DNA of 64,000 bases from Candidatus Bathyarchaeota archaeon (GTDB lineage Archaea > Thermoproteota > Bathyarchaeia > Bathyarchaeales > Bathycorpusculaceae): NCBI GenBank assembly GCA_963715865.1, contig OY970280.1:2016001-2080000 (forward strand), in the 5' to 3' direction. Position 1 is the stretch's first letter; every line of letters starts with the position of its first letter. The notes under the pieces are model-generated. The model was not told the DNA's origin and ran no database searches. It was given only the letters and a program-made list of their open reading frames with translations. The position numbers were made by a program, and so were the translations under genes. Shown here piece by piece: positions 29,041 to 39,151 of the stretch.

Positions 29041-29084
29041 ATGCACAGTTATTTTTTTAAGCATGATAGCCGCTATGCTAATTC

Positions 29085-29699
29085 ATGCCCTACAAATTCA
29101 CATTCGACCTTTCAAAGGTTCCACGTTTCTTCTTCACTGAAATCGCCTTGATTAGCTATCAGAAGGGCATGCACAAAACTTTTCTTAAAAAATTACAAAA
29201 AATCATTTTAAAGTTTAGAATACAAGAAGCCACAGGACTAAATCTTTCCGATTCCTTAGTTTTGCTTCAGGACCTAATTGATTTGCAAGCAGTAAATATG
29301 ATAGAGCGAGGCAAGTTCTTGCAAACCAAGAGAAGAGCCCTTTTTCTGCCTCACTGCTCAAGAAAATACTTAGACAGCCGCTGCAAAGCAGTTTTTGACC
29401 CAAATATCCCGTCCTACACATGCTCCCACTGTTCAGAAGACTGCCTAGTTAACCAGTCTGACCACATAGCTAAAGAAAAAGGATACGACATTTACGTGTT
29501 GCCAGGCGGCTCCTGCATCCCCAAGATTCTGAAAAATACAAAGTATGAGGGCATAGTTGGCGTTGCATGCGGAGAAGAAATCAAAGTGTTGGGGCCGCTT
29601 TTGAACAGTATGGATGTGGCTGGGCAAGCAATACCGTTGATAAAGAATGGCTGTGCAAACACCATTTTCAACATGGAAACACTCGTAAAAGTTCTCTAA
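29085..29699 (+). CDS. DUF116 domain protein
   Basis: LFLPHC, C..C...C, VLPGGS, GVACGEE and NGC.NT motifs. Confidence 0.85.
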   Translation: MPYKFTFDLSKVPRFFFTEIALISYQKGMHKTFLKKLQKIILKFRIQEATGLNLSDSLVLLQDLIDLQAVNMIERGKFLQTKRRALFLPHCSRKYLDSRCKAVFDPNIPSYTCSHCSEDCLVNQSDHIAKEKGYDIYVLPGGSCIPKILKNTKYEGIVGVACGEEIKVLGPLLNSMDVAGQAIPLIKNGCANTIFNMETLVKVL

Positions 29700-29784
29700 C
29701 TTGCGACTTACTGCTTAAGTGAGAAGTTGAGGCCTAGCAAAAGCTTATAATTTTAACCTTCTCAAGAATAATAATTTGAAATAA

Positions 29785-29955
29785 ATATCAAAAAAATACT
29801 ACAGAACCGGCGAAAAATGTCCAGAATCTGGGTTATATGCGCATTTCTGCAAACAGAAAGGTGAAAAGTCTAACATTCCATTATCGAAAACCGAGACTTT
29901 TCCGCCCTGTAGAACTTGCGGTTCAGTTAAATGGGTATTAGTAATGGCGGCATAG
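29785..29955 (+). CDS. Small YjzC-like/zinc-ribbon ORF (ATA start or pseudogene)
   Basis: Manual translation ISKKYYRTGEKCPESGLYAHFC...ETFPPCRTCGSVKWVLVMAA; an in-frame TAA at 29782 follows TTG-AAA. Not in the ORF track. Confidence 0.5.
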   Translation: MSKKYYRTGEKCPESGLYAHFCKQKGEKSNIPLSKTETFPPCRTCGSVKWVLVMAA

Positions 29956-30281
29956 CAGGTCTTAACTTAAAAAAAGCCGGTGAAAAAACTACACAAGAAT
30001 AAGTCAGTAGGTAACAGCTTGGTCGCGCGCGCATCAACTCATCAGTGATAAAACTATAGTTTAGCTTTCCTTTTTGACTTTCTGGTTTTTTTGTTTTGAT
30101 CCCGTGCCAAAAGCTTATTATTGATTGGAATCTATATAACGAAAAAATTGGAAAACTGCGAGCGAAAAAACTTGGTGAACAGAAAGGCGACGTCAGCATC
30201 CAATCGGGCAATTCACGCCAATGAAGGAACCGTAACTAAATTTTTCGGCTGCTTTTTTTGGACCGGTCGGGATATCTCTTC

Positions 30282-31073
30282 ATGAACGAGATTGAGCCTT
30301 GGCTTGAAATAACAACTGTCAGCAAGTGCGTTATAGACTGCAGTTTTTGTCCTCAAAAAGCTTTTGAAAAAAGTTATCATGGCTGCAAAAGCCTAAGTCT
30401 TGAAAATTTTAAGATTGCGTTATCGAGAGTACCCAAGAATATCGCGATTCACTTTTCAGGTTTTTCAGAACCTTTTCTGAACCCAGATTGCATAAACATG
30501 ATTGAGTATGCTCATTCAGAGGGTCACAAAATTGTCTTGTACTCGACTCTTGTAGGCTTGAGAACAGAAGATACGAAAAGACTCAAGGAATGCAATCCTC
30601 ACTTAGTTCTTCACTTGCCAGACAATCTGGGCAACGCTAAGATTCCAACGACAGAAATGTACACGGAGACGCTTATAGCGGTCCTAAAGACAATGCGTAT
30701 CGATGATATTAGTGTGATGAACGAGAATTTTGTCTCTAATGAGCGGGCTGGTCTCTGCCAAGGTGTTTCAGAGAGGTATTTACGCGGATATTTTTGTTGT
30801 CCAAAGCTTCTTGCTCCGCAGTGTGTTATGCTTCCAAACTGTGATGTCGTGTTATGCTGCATGGACTTTGGGCTAAGACATTGTCTCGGCAACCTTTTGG
30901 AACAGTCATTCAAGGACATTTTAAAATCATCAGAATATAAGAAACTGTGTTCCAGTCGTTTCAGAATGGATGACGACAGTATATGCAGGAAATGTGTGTG
31001 GGCAGTGCCGTTACATAGATGGTACATTAAATCTTACGTGAAACCAATCTTGTATAGAATTTTACGTGGTTGA
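30282..31073 (+). CDS. Radical SAM protein with SPASM/twitch domain
   Basis: CVIDCSFC, FSGFSEPFLNP, VVLCCMDF...GNL and CRKC motifs. Confidence 0.88.
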   Translation: MNEIEPWLEITTVSKCVIDCSFCPQKAFEKSYHGCKSLSLENFKIALSRVPKNIAIHFSGFSEPFLNPDCINMIEYAHSEGHKIVLYSTLVGLRTEDTKRLKECNPHLVLHLPDNLGNAKIPTTEMYTETLIAVLKTMRIDDISVMNENFVSNERAGLCQGVSERYLRGYFCCPKLLAPQCVMLPNCDVVLCCMDFGLRHCLGNLLEQSFKDILKSSEYKKLCSSRFRMDDDSICRKCVWAVPLHRWYIKSYVKPILYRILRG

Positions 31074-31150
31074 TTGAACCGACTTTAACCATTGATTCTT
31101 TGTCGCGGAAAGTCAAACCATGCTTTTAAGTGTATCAGACTAAACCGACT

Positions 31151-32323
31151 TCAGCAATTGATTTTTCTGCGAAACATCTCCAAGTCTCTTAAGGCGTTCT
31201 CTCCGTTCAGGGAATGCTGAAGAATGTACCGTTTAATTCCAATGGCGTTGCCAGCGATTATTCCCCTCAATTGGCGGAGATCTTTGTTTTTCAACGTTGA
31301 AGCTAATCTAATAAGCGTGGAAAAAGTATGGCATGTTAACGACAACGACTTTTCCTTCTTGTACAGGCGGTAAAACAACAACTCAATTTCCGCCTGAAAA
31401 AGCATTGCTTCTCCATCAGAATGCTTGCGACTTAGAGTTTGACCGTGAGTAATGTGAAAAACTTTAGCTTTAGGATTGAAGACGAGGTTTCCTCCTTTCC
31501 TCCAAATGTACCACGCGAGAACCTGCTCATTTCTCGGGCTCAATATCCAAGAGTTATCAAACTGGAACCCTCGAATCGCTTTGCGTAAAACAGTCATATT
31601 CGCGCCAATTCCAAGAAAAGACGGGGTTATCTTTCTACGACTTCGCAAGTCAGCGAAGCTTCCTTCATTACCCACTTCACCTGCTCGAGTAATGTAATAA
31701 AAATACCCTCTTGCCCCCGGAATAGGCTTGTCAAAATAGTTTTGTTTAAATCGCCTAATAAAATTGGTCCGCGCGCCCGAAAAGGGCGGTATTAGTTGTT
31801 CGTTCAAACACTGGATTTTTCCGTTGTGAATTCTCGAAGAAATAACGTCACCGGCAACCCCAGCAACCCCCAAATCCTCGTAAGTCTTGGCATGTTCCTG
31901 CAACCAGTTCCTTGCTGGGATAGCATCATCATCAAGAAAGCCTATTATTTCGCCTCTTGCGCTTCTTAGACCTATGTTTAAGGCCTCTGTAAAGTATCCC
32001 TTGCGCTGCACAATTGTTCTTATTTTAAGACTACCGCCATAGTCGTTTACCAAATCTTCTGTTCCGTCGTTGGAAGGTTTCACAACAACAACTACTTCAA
32101 AGTTTGAGTAGGATTGATTACTCAATCCGTCAAGAACTAAGCTCAACAAGTCACGTCTCTTGTAGGTTGGCAAAACCACAGAAAAGAACGGCTCTTTTGA
32201 CACTGGTGTAATCTGATTTTGTAAAGCGGAATCCTCTCTAGACACATTCGATGTGAATTGGGAGGAACTGCCAAGCAAAGTTGGTTCCGTTTCGATTTGC
32301 ATTGCATCGGTTGCCGTGCTCAA
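31151..32323 (-). CDS. Glycosyltransferase family 2
   Basis: SVVLPTYKR, FLDDDA and GANM motifs. Confidence 0.88.
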   Translation of the reverse strand: MSTATDAMQIETEPTLLGSSSQFTSNVSREDSALQNQITPVSKEPFFSVVLPTYKRRDLLSLVLDGLSNQSYSNFEVVVVVKPSNDGTEDLVNDYGGSLKIRTIVQRKGYFTEALNIGLRSARGEIIGFLDDDAIPARNWLQEHAKTYEDLGVAGVAGDVISSRIHNGKIQCLNEQLIPPFSGARTNFIRRFKQNYFDKPIPGARGYFYYITRAGEVGNEGSFADLRSRRKITPSFLGIGANMTVLRKAIRGFQFDNSWILSPRNEQVLAWYIWRKGGNLVFNPKAKVFHITHGQTLSRKHSDGEAMLFQAEIELLFYRLYKKEKSLSLTCHTFSTLIRLASTLKNKDLRQLRGIIAGNAIGIKRYILQHSLNGENALRDLEMFRRKINC

Positions 32324-32342
32324 ATCAGTAGTTACCTGAACA

Positions 32343-32702
32343 TTGAATTGCTCATCTAAGAAGCGACTCTCTTTTTCTTTTCAACATGCTCTTCAAAAAT
32401 TCGAAGAGTGGAAAATACTTATACTATTTATGAAGTTACAATATGAATCTCAGATAAGTTCGATTAATTTTCTAACTATGAAATCGCCCATTCAGCAAAT
32501 GATATTTAAGTCCGCAAAAAAGAAAATGAGGCAGGGCACTTTAGTTCTACTTGCGATAGATATGTTAATTTGTGCTTTCATTATCGCTTTTGGCATAAGC
32601 GCTATCAGTAAGAATCCTATGAATCTTCTATTGATACTTGGCTTTCTGCTAGCTTTCTCGCTCTTTTTTTGGGGGCTCTTTTCTATGGTTACAAAAACAT
32701 GA
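32343..32702 (+). CDS. Hypothetical small membrane protein (true start probably downstream)
   Basis: Two TM helices in the C-terminal half. Confidence 0.4.
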   Translation: MNCSSKKRLSFSFQHALQKFEEWKILILFMKLQYESQISSINFLTMKSPIQQMIFKSAKKKMRQGTLVLLAIDMLICAFIIAFGISAISKNPMNLLLILGFLLAFSLFFWGLFSMVTKT

Positions 32703-32734
32703 GGGCTGTGGTCAAATTACTGTCCAAGGCATAA

Positions 32735-33093
32735 TGGCTCAAGAGCGCGAGCGAACTGACTGCTTCCGCGGCGAACCAGAGCAGAGAAAGGAAGGCGCTG
32801 CTGCGTGTAGATCGGCGCTTCAGGACTCATGGTTCTGCAGGCAAACGTCAGATTTGCGCTCAGAGGGGAGCCATTGAGATGGTGAATTCCCGTTTGAAGG
32901 AACAGTTCTGTCTTGAAAGGCATAGGGCTAGAGGCCTCGAAGGCATAACCATACACGCTCTGCTCTGTATAATCGCCATGCTCCTAAATGCATTAACAGC
33001 GTTAAGAATGAACAGACCGGAAAAAGCCAGATCCATCACTGCGCTCGCAAGATAAGAGAAATTAACACAAAGAAATCGATTTAGCAACGGACT
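32735..33093 (+). mobile_element. Truncated IS remnant: DDE transposase C-terminus (IS5/IS1182-like) and probable right end
   Basis: Start-less frame RGAIEMVNSRLKEQFCLERHRARGLEGITIHALLCIIAMLL (32735-33055), followed by IR-like TTTAGCAACGGACT (33080-33093). Confidence 0.7.
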
Positions 33094-33163
33094 GGCGCGC
33101 TAAAGTAATTAAAGTGCTGTCTTAACCAATTTACGAAAAGCAAGATAAAAGAAAGATAAACTG

Positions 33164-33325
33164 TTACTTTACTATTTCTCGTTTCTTCCAGCGCAGGTTC
33201 TTGCCTTTGCACTTTCTGCATTTCACTGCGGTTTCAGCATTTCGTGCGCCGCAGTCTCTGCAGATTTTCATGTACAACCTGTGCTTTTGCGCTATGGCTT
33301 TTTTGACTGGATCTAATATGGGCAT
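33164..33325 (-). CDS. rpl40e: 50S ribosomal protein L40e
   Basis: Manual translation MPILDPVKKAIAQKHRLYMKICRDCGARN...KCRKCKGKNLRWKKREIVK; below the ORF-track size cutoff. Confidence 0.95.
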   Translation of the reverse strand: MPILDPVKKAIAQKHRLYMKICRDCGARNAETAVKCRKCKGKNLRWKKREIVK

Positions 33326-33453
33326 CTTATTGTTAACCTTCCATTTTGGCTAAGTCTTTGATGGTTAAGTATCAAATATACCTTTTGTCTAAACTTTACA
33401 ATTAATAAGAAAAAGCTATCTCAAGGCAAAAGCAATAAATTCAAAAACAGCCC

Positions 33454-33921
33454 CTATTTAATTTCCTCAATCGTAACATAAGAGCGCGTATCTTCTATTC
33501 CATCTATTGTGTAGAGTTTCTTTAGGATTTCGTCGAGGTTATCGCGCTCAACAATAATTAATGCATCTACTTCGCCAGCTATGCGGAAAGCTCTTGAAAC
33601 GGCAAGATCACGAATTTGCTCGTAAACATGTATTCGCTTAATCGGTGAAACTTTGAGGAGTATGAAGGCTGGAGTGGTGGATACGCCGAGAGCGTTCAAG
33701 CCTTTGTCAGTGACATCTATGAAGCCTCTGCCAGTGCGGATGTAACCGCGATTTTTGAGTTTACGCAAGTGCACGTTTAAAGCTTGCCTACTCACGCCTA
33801 ATTGGCTTGATAACTCGTCTTGCTTAACCCTCAGCGTATAGGTGTTTGTTGATTTTCCTTTCTCGTAGAGTGTTTTTAAGAGTTGAATTGAACGTTTAGT
33901 TAATGGTTCCAAATTGGTCAC
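33454..33921 (-). CDS. Lrp/AsnC-type HTH transcription regulator
   Basis: QDELSSQLGVSRQALNVHLRKL HTH plus a RAM-like C-terminus. Confidence 0.8.
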   Translation of the reverse strand: MTNLEPLTKRSIQLLKTLYEKGKSTNTYTLRVKQDELSSQLGVSRQALNVHLRKLKNRGYIRTGRGFIDVTDKGLNALGVSTTPAFILLKVSPIKRIHVYEQIRDLAVSRAFRIAGEVDALIIVERDNLDEILKKLYTIDGIEDTRSYVTIEEIK

Positions 33922-34268
33922 TTATGTCGTAGTTTGTTAAGTTAAAAGTTTACAATAGTGAGGTTGCTTAAGAATTTGATGCCTCAAACCAGCCAAAACA
34001 ATACAAAGACCAACCGAAAAAGGGCTTCCTTCTTTCCAAAATCCTTACATTTGGCTCTTTAAATAAGGGTTATAAACTTTTCACAAATATTTAGATAATC
34101 TGGCAATAAACTGCAACACATTACGCAAGCAAAAGCAGCAGTAAACAACCTGCAGCAACCAATTTGCAAACACCAGCCAGAACATTAAGCCAACACCACA
34201 ATGTATTTATTTTTAAAAAAAGCTTAAGTGAAGCCACCTAAAAAGTAAACTAGGAGTGAAGCGAGGAC

Positions 34269-34547
34269 GTGACAGAAACCAACGCAGTCTTAATCGGAAA
34301 AAAACCAATAATGAACTATGTACTTGCATGCATAACTACCTTCCATGGAGGAGCAAAAGAAGTAAGCATAAAAGCACGCGGAAGAGCCATCAGCCGAGCA
34401 ATAGACGTAGCCGAAGTTGTTAGGCACAGATTTCTCCCAGACGTAAAAATCAAAAGCATCGGTATAGGCACAGATCAGTTTCTACCTCAAGATGAAGGCG
34501 ACTCAGCAACAAATGTGAGCACAATAGAAATAAAATTAATAAGATAG
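34269..34547 (+). CDS. albA: Chromatin protein Alba
   Basis: [27 protein letters not shown] and VSTIEI motifs. Confidence 0.96.
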   Translation: MTETNAVLIGKKPIMNYVLACITTFHGGAKEVSIKARGRAISRAIDVAEVVRHRFLPDVKIKSIGIGTDQFLPQDEGDSATNVSTIEIKLIR

Positions 34548-34598
34548 ATAAATCACGCAATAGCCAAACTCCTTATTTGCAGGAAAAACGACACACAA

Positions 34599-35108
34599 AT
34601 GAAAACGGAACTATGCAGTTTCTGCTTAAAAAGCGGCATACTATGCCAAAAATGCTCAGCTAAAGTTAAAGCTGGCGAAATCAGCCAGTTAGACCTGAAA
34701 ATAGCCCGTTTACTGCTCTCCCTAGAAGAGAAATATCCTTCCCTGCAAAATGTCTGCTTCTACAAAGCAGTTGAAGTTGAAAAAACATTAGCCATCCTCG
34801 TTGGACACGGAGATGTGCCAAGACTTTTAGGATATGGTGGCAAAATTATCAAAGCCCTAGGCGACGAAACCGGCAAAAACGTCCGCGTATTAGAGCAGGG
34901 TGTTGACGACCGCAAATTCCTAGAAGACCTATTCATACCCTTCAGCATACTAACAATCAACACGATTTGGCTTCCAGATGGAACCACCGAAACCAGAGTT
35001 ATCCTGAAGCGGAAACGTGGTGCACAGTTGCCTTTTGACGTTAAGGCTTTAAAGGAAATCGCCAGTAAAATACGTAAAATGTCCTTACGCGTAGAAATCG
35101 CAGATTAA
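34599..35108 (+). CDS. KH-domain NusA-like protein with an N-terminal Zn finger
   Basis: CSFCLKSGILCQKC; GYGGKIIKAL (GxxG loop variant). Confidence 0.75.
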   Translation: MKTELCSFCLKSGILCQKCSAKVKAGEISQLDLKIARLLLSLEEKYPSLQNVCFYKAVEVEKTLAILVGHGDVPRLLGYGGKIIKALGDETGKNVRVLEQGVDDRKFLEDLFIPFSILTINTIWLPDGTTETRVILKRKRGAQLPFDVKALKEIASKIRKMSLRVEIAD

Positions 35109-35124
35109 GGATTGGCGATTAAAC

Positions 35125-36444
35125 ATGAACTTGGACTCTATTGGTGAATGGATTAGAACGCACTATACCAGTAACGTAACACCAGAAATTGATGGTCAAG
35201 AAGTAACACTTTTCGGTTGGGTTCAAGAAATCCGCGACTTGGGTGGAATCCGCTTCATTATACTGCAAGACCGAGAAGGAACAATCCAAATAACCATTCC
35301 AAAAAAAAGAATCCCACCTGAAGTTTTAGGCAAGTCGGATCTTCTGCAGAAAAGATTCAGCATAGCAGTTAAGGGAACAGTAAAAAAGACAAACATGACA
35401 CCAAGAGGCATAGAAGTAATACCTAACGAAATCAAAATATTCAGCACAGCCATAGAGCAATTGCCCCTCGACATCACAGGCAAAACTCCAGCCAACATAG
35501 AAGCACGTTTAGATGCAAGACCGCTTGACCTCTGCCGAGACCAAAACTTGGCTACATTCAAAATCCAGCACACTACCCTTGAGGCAATACGAAGTTTCCT
35601 ATTTCAGAAAGGATTTTTGGAAGTTCATACGCCACGAATCATTGCTTCTGCAACTGAAGGTGGAGCAGAATTATTCACTGTTGATTATTTCGGGCAAAAA
35701 GCATACCTCGCTCAAAGCCCACAACTCTACAAAGAAGAATTAACGCTAAGCTTCGAGAAGGTTTTCGAGGTTGGACCTTTCTTCAGGGCAGAAGAATCGC
35801 ACACGCGTCGGCACTTAAGCGAGTTCGTTTCCGTTGACATAGAAGAGGCTTTTGCAAACGCTCAAGATGTCATGCAACTTCTCGAACAAGTCATACATCA
35901 CGCTTGCACCACAGTAAAAGAGAAGTGTGTAAATGAGCTCTCGGTGCTCAAATACAAGTTTGAAGTGCCACAGATTCCATTCAAGCGTTTTACCTATGAC
36001 CAAGTTCTTGATGACTTGAAAAAGCAGGATGTAAAGGTTCCATGGGGTGAAGACATTCCCACGGAGGCTTTCAGAGTTTTAGGCAAGCTTTACCCGTTCT
36101 TTTACTTTATAACCGACTGGCCGACACATGCAAAGGCTTTCTACATTAAACCGCGCGAGGACAAACCTGAACTTTGTGAAGGATTCGATTTAATGTGGCG
36201 CTACATAGAGCTCGTTTCAGGTGGAACAAGAATTTGCCAAAAAGACCAGTTAATCCAAAGGCTAAAAGAGAAAGGATTGAACCCTGAATCCTTCAAATTC
36301 CACCTTCAAGCCTTTGATTATGGCATGCCACCTCACGCTGGATGGGCAATAGGACTCGAGCGGTTAACAATGATATTAACTGGGAAAAAGAACATTCGAG
36401 AAGTGACGCTGTATCCACGTGACAGAGTCAGGTTAACTCCCTAA
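35125..36444 (+). CDS. aspS: Aspartyl-tRNA synthetase (archaeal; probably non-discriminating)
   Basis: OB fold, LAQSPQLYKE, FRAEES.T.RHL and PPHAGWAIGLERL motifs. Confidence 0.96.
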   Translation: MNLDSIGEWIRTHYTSNVTPEIDGQEVTLFGWVQEIRDLGGIRFIILQDREGTIQITIPKKRIPPEVLGKSDLLQKRFSIAVKGTVKKTNMTPRGIEVIPNEIKIFSTAIEQLPLDITGKTPANIEARLDARPLDLCRDQNLATFKIQHTTLEAIRSFLFQKGFLEVHTPRIIASATEGGAELFTVDYFGQKAYLAQSPQLYKEELTLSFEKVFEVGPFFRAEESHTRRHLSEFVSVDIEEAFANAQDVMQLLEQVIHHACTTVKEKCVNELSVLKYKFEVPQIPFKRFTYDQVLDDLKKQDVKVPWGEDIPTEAFRVLGKLYPFFYFITDWPTHAKAFYIKPREDKPELCEGFDLMWRYIELVSGGTRICQKDQLIQRLKEKGLNPESFKFHLQAFDYGMPPHAGWAIGLERLTMILTGKKNIREVTLYPRDRVRLTP

Positions 36445-36456
36445 TTAGTGTGCTCC

Positions 36457-36530
36457 ACCCTACCTAACCTACTTTTTTGACCTATTTTCACTAGCTAAAA
36501 AGTAGCTACCCTACCTGCCTAGCTTTTTGC
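36457..36530. repeat. Imperfect direct repeat (ACCCTACCT...TTTTTG) x2 between convergent aspS and asnB; possible terminator
   Basis: ACCCTACCT at 36457 and 36508, each followed by a T-tract. Confidence 0.5.
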
Positions 36531-36597
36531 TAAGTGATTTCAGAAGCAAAAAGCATACCCCCTAAGCTGAAGTATGATTAAGGTACGCGTGGGAGGT

Positions 36598-38043
36598 TTA
36601 GCGTTTTGATTCTTGCAGCAGCTCTTGTATGTATTCGTTAACTGTTTTCTGGTGTTTTTTCGCTATCCTTTTTATGGCATTGTTTATGCCTGTAGAGTAC
36701 TGCACCGCTTTCTTAGGTTTATCCACCACCGAGCCAGGCATACCAGCATTCAAAGCAACTTTTCTTAGTACAAGCTTTCTTAGGGTATCCGTTTTCTTTT
36801 CAATTTTGCACTCAATCGGCAAGCTTAAAGCAAATTCAGCAAGCTCAAACGACGCGAAAGGCAAACGCAACTCCACATCATGGTAAGTGCAGATTTTCAG
36901 GTCACGCTCAAGATTGCTCTCATGAATCCCAACCACATCGTTGAACATTGTTTTTCGGACTTTTTCGCTTCCCTCGTTGCAGTATTCGTTGACATAGCGT
37001 TGGTAGCCTCCGAAAAGTTCATCTGCGCCCTGCCCAGCCAACAGCACCTTGAAACCTGCTTCAGCCGCTTTTTCTGCAGTCCAATAAAACGGCAAGCCGA
37101 CGCTGGCTTTAACTGGGTCAGGCTCTTCAATTAGCGCTATCACTTTTGGTAAGGTTTTTTCGACGTCAGAGTCTTTGAATAAATGGACCTGTAGGGGCAG
37201 ATTTAATTCGTCTGCAGCTTTCATAGCCTCTTCCGTTTCAACCTGATTCTCCAGACTCACATGAAACAGATTAACTTTTACTCCACACTTGCTCGCCAAA
37301 TAAGCCACTAAGCTGCTGTCTAATCCTCCTGAAAACGCGACTGCAACCTCCTTTAAGCCGTGCACTCGTCTCTGGATTGATTGCTCAAGAAGAGCTTGAA
37401 GCTTTTTCGCTGCTTCATCCATCGTTATCGGTTTAGGTTCTGTGTAAGTTAGTGTTTTGATTGGTTTGAACTGGAAACCTTCGCGATTGAAAAAAGCTAT
37501 GTTGCCCGGCGGAAAAGACAGCGGATTTTCTATTCCCAGCTTCCACAGGGCTTTTCGGTTTGTGGCAACGGCAGCGACATTTTTGTTTTCTCCGTAATAA
37601 AGCGGTTGAACTCCTACTGGGTCTCTTCCCGCCGCAATCCAACCATCCTTGAGCATTAAAAACGAATAGTCTCCATCCGTTTTCTCAATTAGCGTTTGCA
37701 GGATGGTTTCGCAATGATTCGGTTCCTTGGCAACCTGTTCCATAACAGCAGTTTTTGGCATAGGCGAATAGACTCTGCCTTCAAAGACAAGCGCTGCATC
37801 ATCCAACTTCAAAAACTCATAACCACTCTCCGATTTAGGTTTCGAGGAAAGATAGCCAACCATGGTTGATGAAACTAAGCCTTGTCTACTCATGATGTCA
37901 AGGTTTTTGTCTAAAAGACTCTTCGTTGGGGAAACTAACCCAAAATGTGAAGTCCGCACATCACCGAGTACTTTAAGTAATTCAAGAACCCGCTCAACTA
38001 CGTTATTGCGCTGCTTATCTAATACTGCAACAGTTACCTTCAT
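36598..38043 (-). CDS. asnB: Asparagine synthetase B-like protein
   Basis: RDPVGVQPLYY, FSGGLDSS, GQGADELFGGY and LRLPF motifs; the N-terminal catalytic Cys is not evident. Confidence 0.85.
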   Translation of the reverse strand: MKVTVAVLDKQRNNVVERVLELLKVLGDVRTSHFGLVSPTKSLLDKNLDIMSRQGLVSSTMVGYLSSKPKSESGYEFLKLDDAALVFEGRVYSPMPKTAVMEQVAKEPNHCETILQTLIEKTDGDYSFLMLKDGWIAAGRDPVGVQPLYYGENKNVAAVATNRKALWKLGIENPLSFPPGNIAFFNREGFQFKPIKTLTYTEPKPITMDEAAKKLQALLEQSIQRRVHGLKEVAVAFSGGLDSSLVAYLASKCGVKVNLFHVSLENQVETEEAMKAADELNLPLQVHLFKDSDVEKTLPKVIALIEEPDPVKASVGLPFYWTAEKAAEAGFKVLLAGQGADELFGGYQRYVNEYCNEGSEKVRKTMFNDVVGIHESNLERDLKICTYHDVELRLPFASFELAEFALSLPIECKIEKKTDTLRKLVLRKVALNAGMPGSVVDKPKKAVQYSTGINNAIKRIAKKHQKTVNEYIQELLQESKR

Positions 38044-38088
38044 ACCCTCACACACCAACCACAACGTACAATCTGAAATATCATTGGT

Positions 38089-38105
38089 AAAACATTAATC
38101 TTTAA
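38089..38105 (+). repeat. 17-bp direct repeat, left copy (AAAACATTAATCTTTAA)
   Basis: Identical to 40013-40029. Confidence 0.9.
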
Positions 38106-38329
38106 CGATTTTCACGTATTTTTAATCAAGACTTTAAATGAGAAACGATTGGAAACTTAGGTGACCCCTCAATGATGGCATGTTGTTCTATGGCTGCCCA
38201 GCGGAAAGATAGTTGTTTCAAACGATTAAGCGGACAAAAAAATGGGTCAAAAAGCGTTTAGTGGAAGGAAAAAAGTTCGCATATTTTATTAACTAATCAA
38301 ATAGATAGAGAATAAAAGAGTGAAACGTC

Positions 38330-38926
38330 ATGGGTTCCTATCTTTTAATAATGCGTGAAATAGACGAGTTAGCGAGGGATGTATTGTCGCATTCAGAGTT
38401 CAGAGAAGCAGATGACATTTCTCGTTCACTCGCTATTGGCAACAAAAGTATGAGAAGAGAAGCAAGGTACCGCCTTATTGAAATCGTAAAGCCACCTCCG
38501 AAAAGACCACTTTCTTACGCTCAACAAGAAATCACGCATCTTCCTCAGGCGACAAGAAACAGCATTCGGTATCTCGGCGATTATATAGACCTTTTAGTAA
38601 AAGGCATGGCGTTCGAGCTTACAAAAGACCCTCGTTGCAAAAAGAGCTCTTTAGGCGCGAACGTTCGAAAACTAAATCCTGAGAGACATGCAGTTTCCTT
38701 AGAATTGATAAATAATCTGCGAAGATATGACTCTTTGTTCTATAATCCAGGCAAGCATGATTTTAGCATGCCGCCTCCTGGTCGAGAGCATCATTTCACT
38801 TCTATGGAAACAGTATTTGATGTTTTTGTCACTTTCAAACTTGCAGATGAAATTAAGAAAGCCTCTCAATTTGCCAACCTGATTAGCCTTGACAAAGAAA
38901 CCATTGAGGATTTTGAGGATTATTAA
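38330..38926 (+). CDS. Hypothetical protein, possibly HEPN-like fold
   Basis: Helical; YLGDYIDLLVK, SLGANV and YNPGKHDF...REHHFT; no canonical R-X4-6-H. Confidence 0.55.
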   Translation: MGSYLLIMREIDELARDVLSHSEFREADDISRSLAIGNKSMRREARYRLIEIVKPPPKRPLSYAQQEITHLPQATRNSIRYLGDYIDLLVKGMAFELTKDPRCKKSSLGANVRKLNPERHAVSLELINNLRRYDSLFYNPGKHDFSMPPPGREHHFTSMETVFDVFVTFKLADEIKKASQFANLISLDKETIEDFEDY

Positions 38927-39151
38927 GAGGCATTTCAAGGTTGTAACCGAACAGGAACTTAGAAACTTTGCTAACGCAAGGATGGCATGGAGTTACTTGT
39001 CTACCTAGAGGAAAGATTGTAGTCAGCAAGAATAAGAGAAGAGTAAAACAATTATTGCCAACCAATTATAACAAACTTTATAATCAATAGAAAGGAATTA
39101 AGGGATAGACGTTTCCTATCGATAGCTCGTGAATAATAATTCGACTACTTG

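Noticed and set aside
29927-30211. 94-aa minus-strand ORF
   Set aside because: No family features; overlaps the better-supported small plus-strand ORF.
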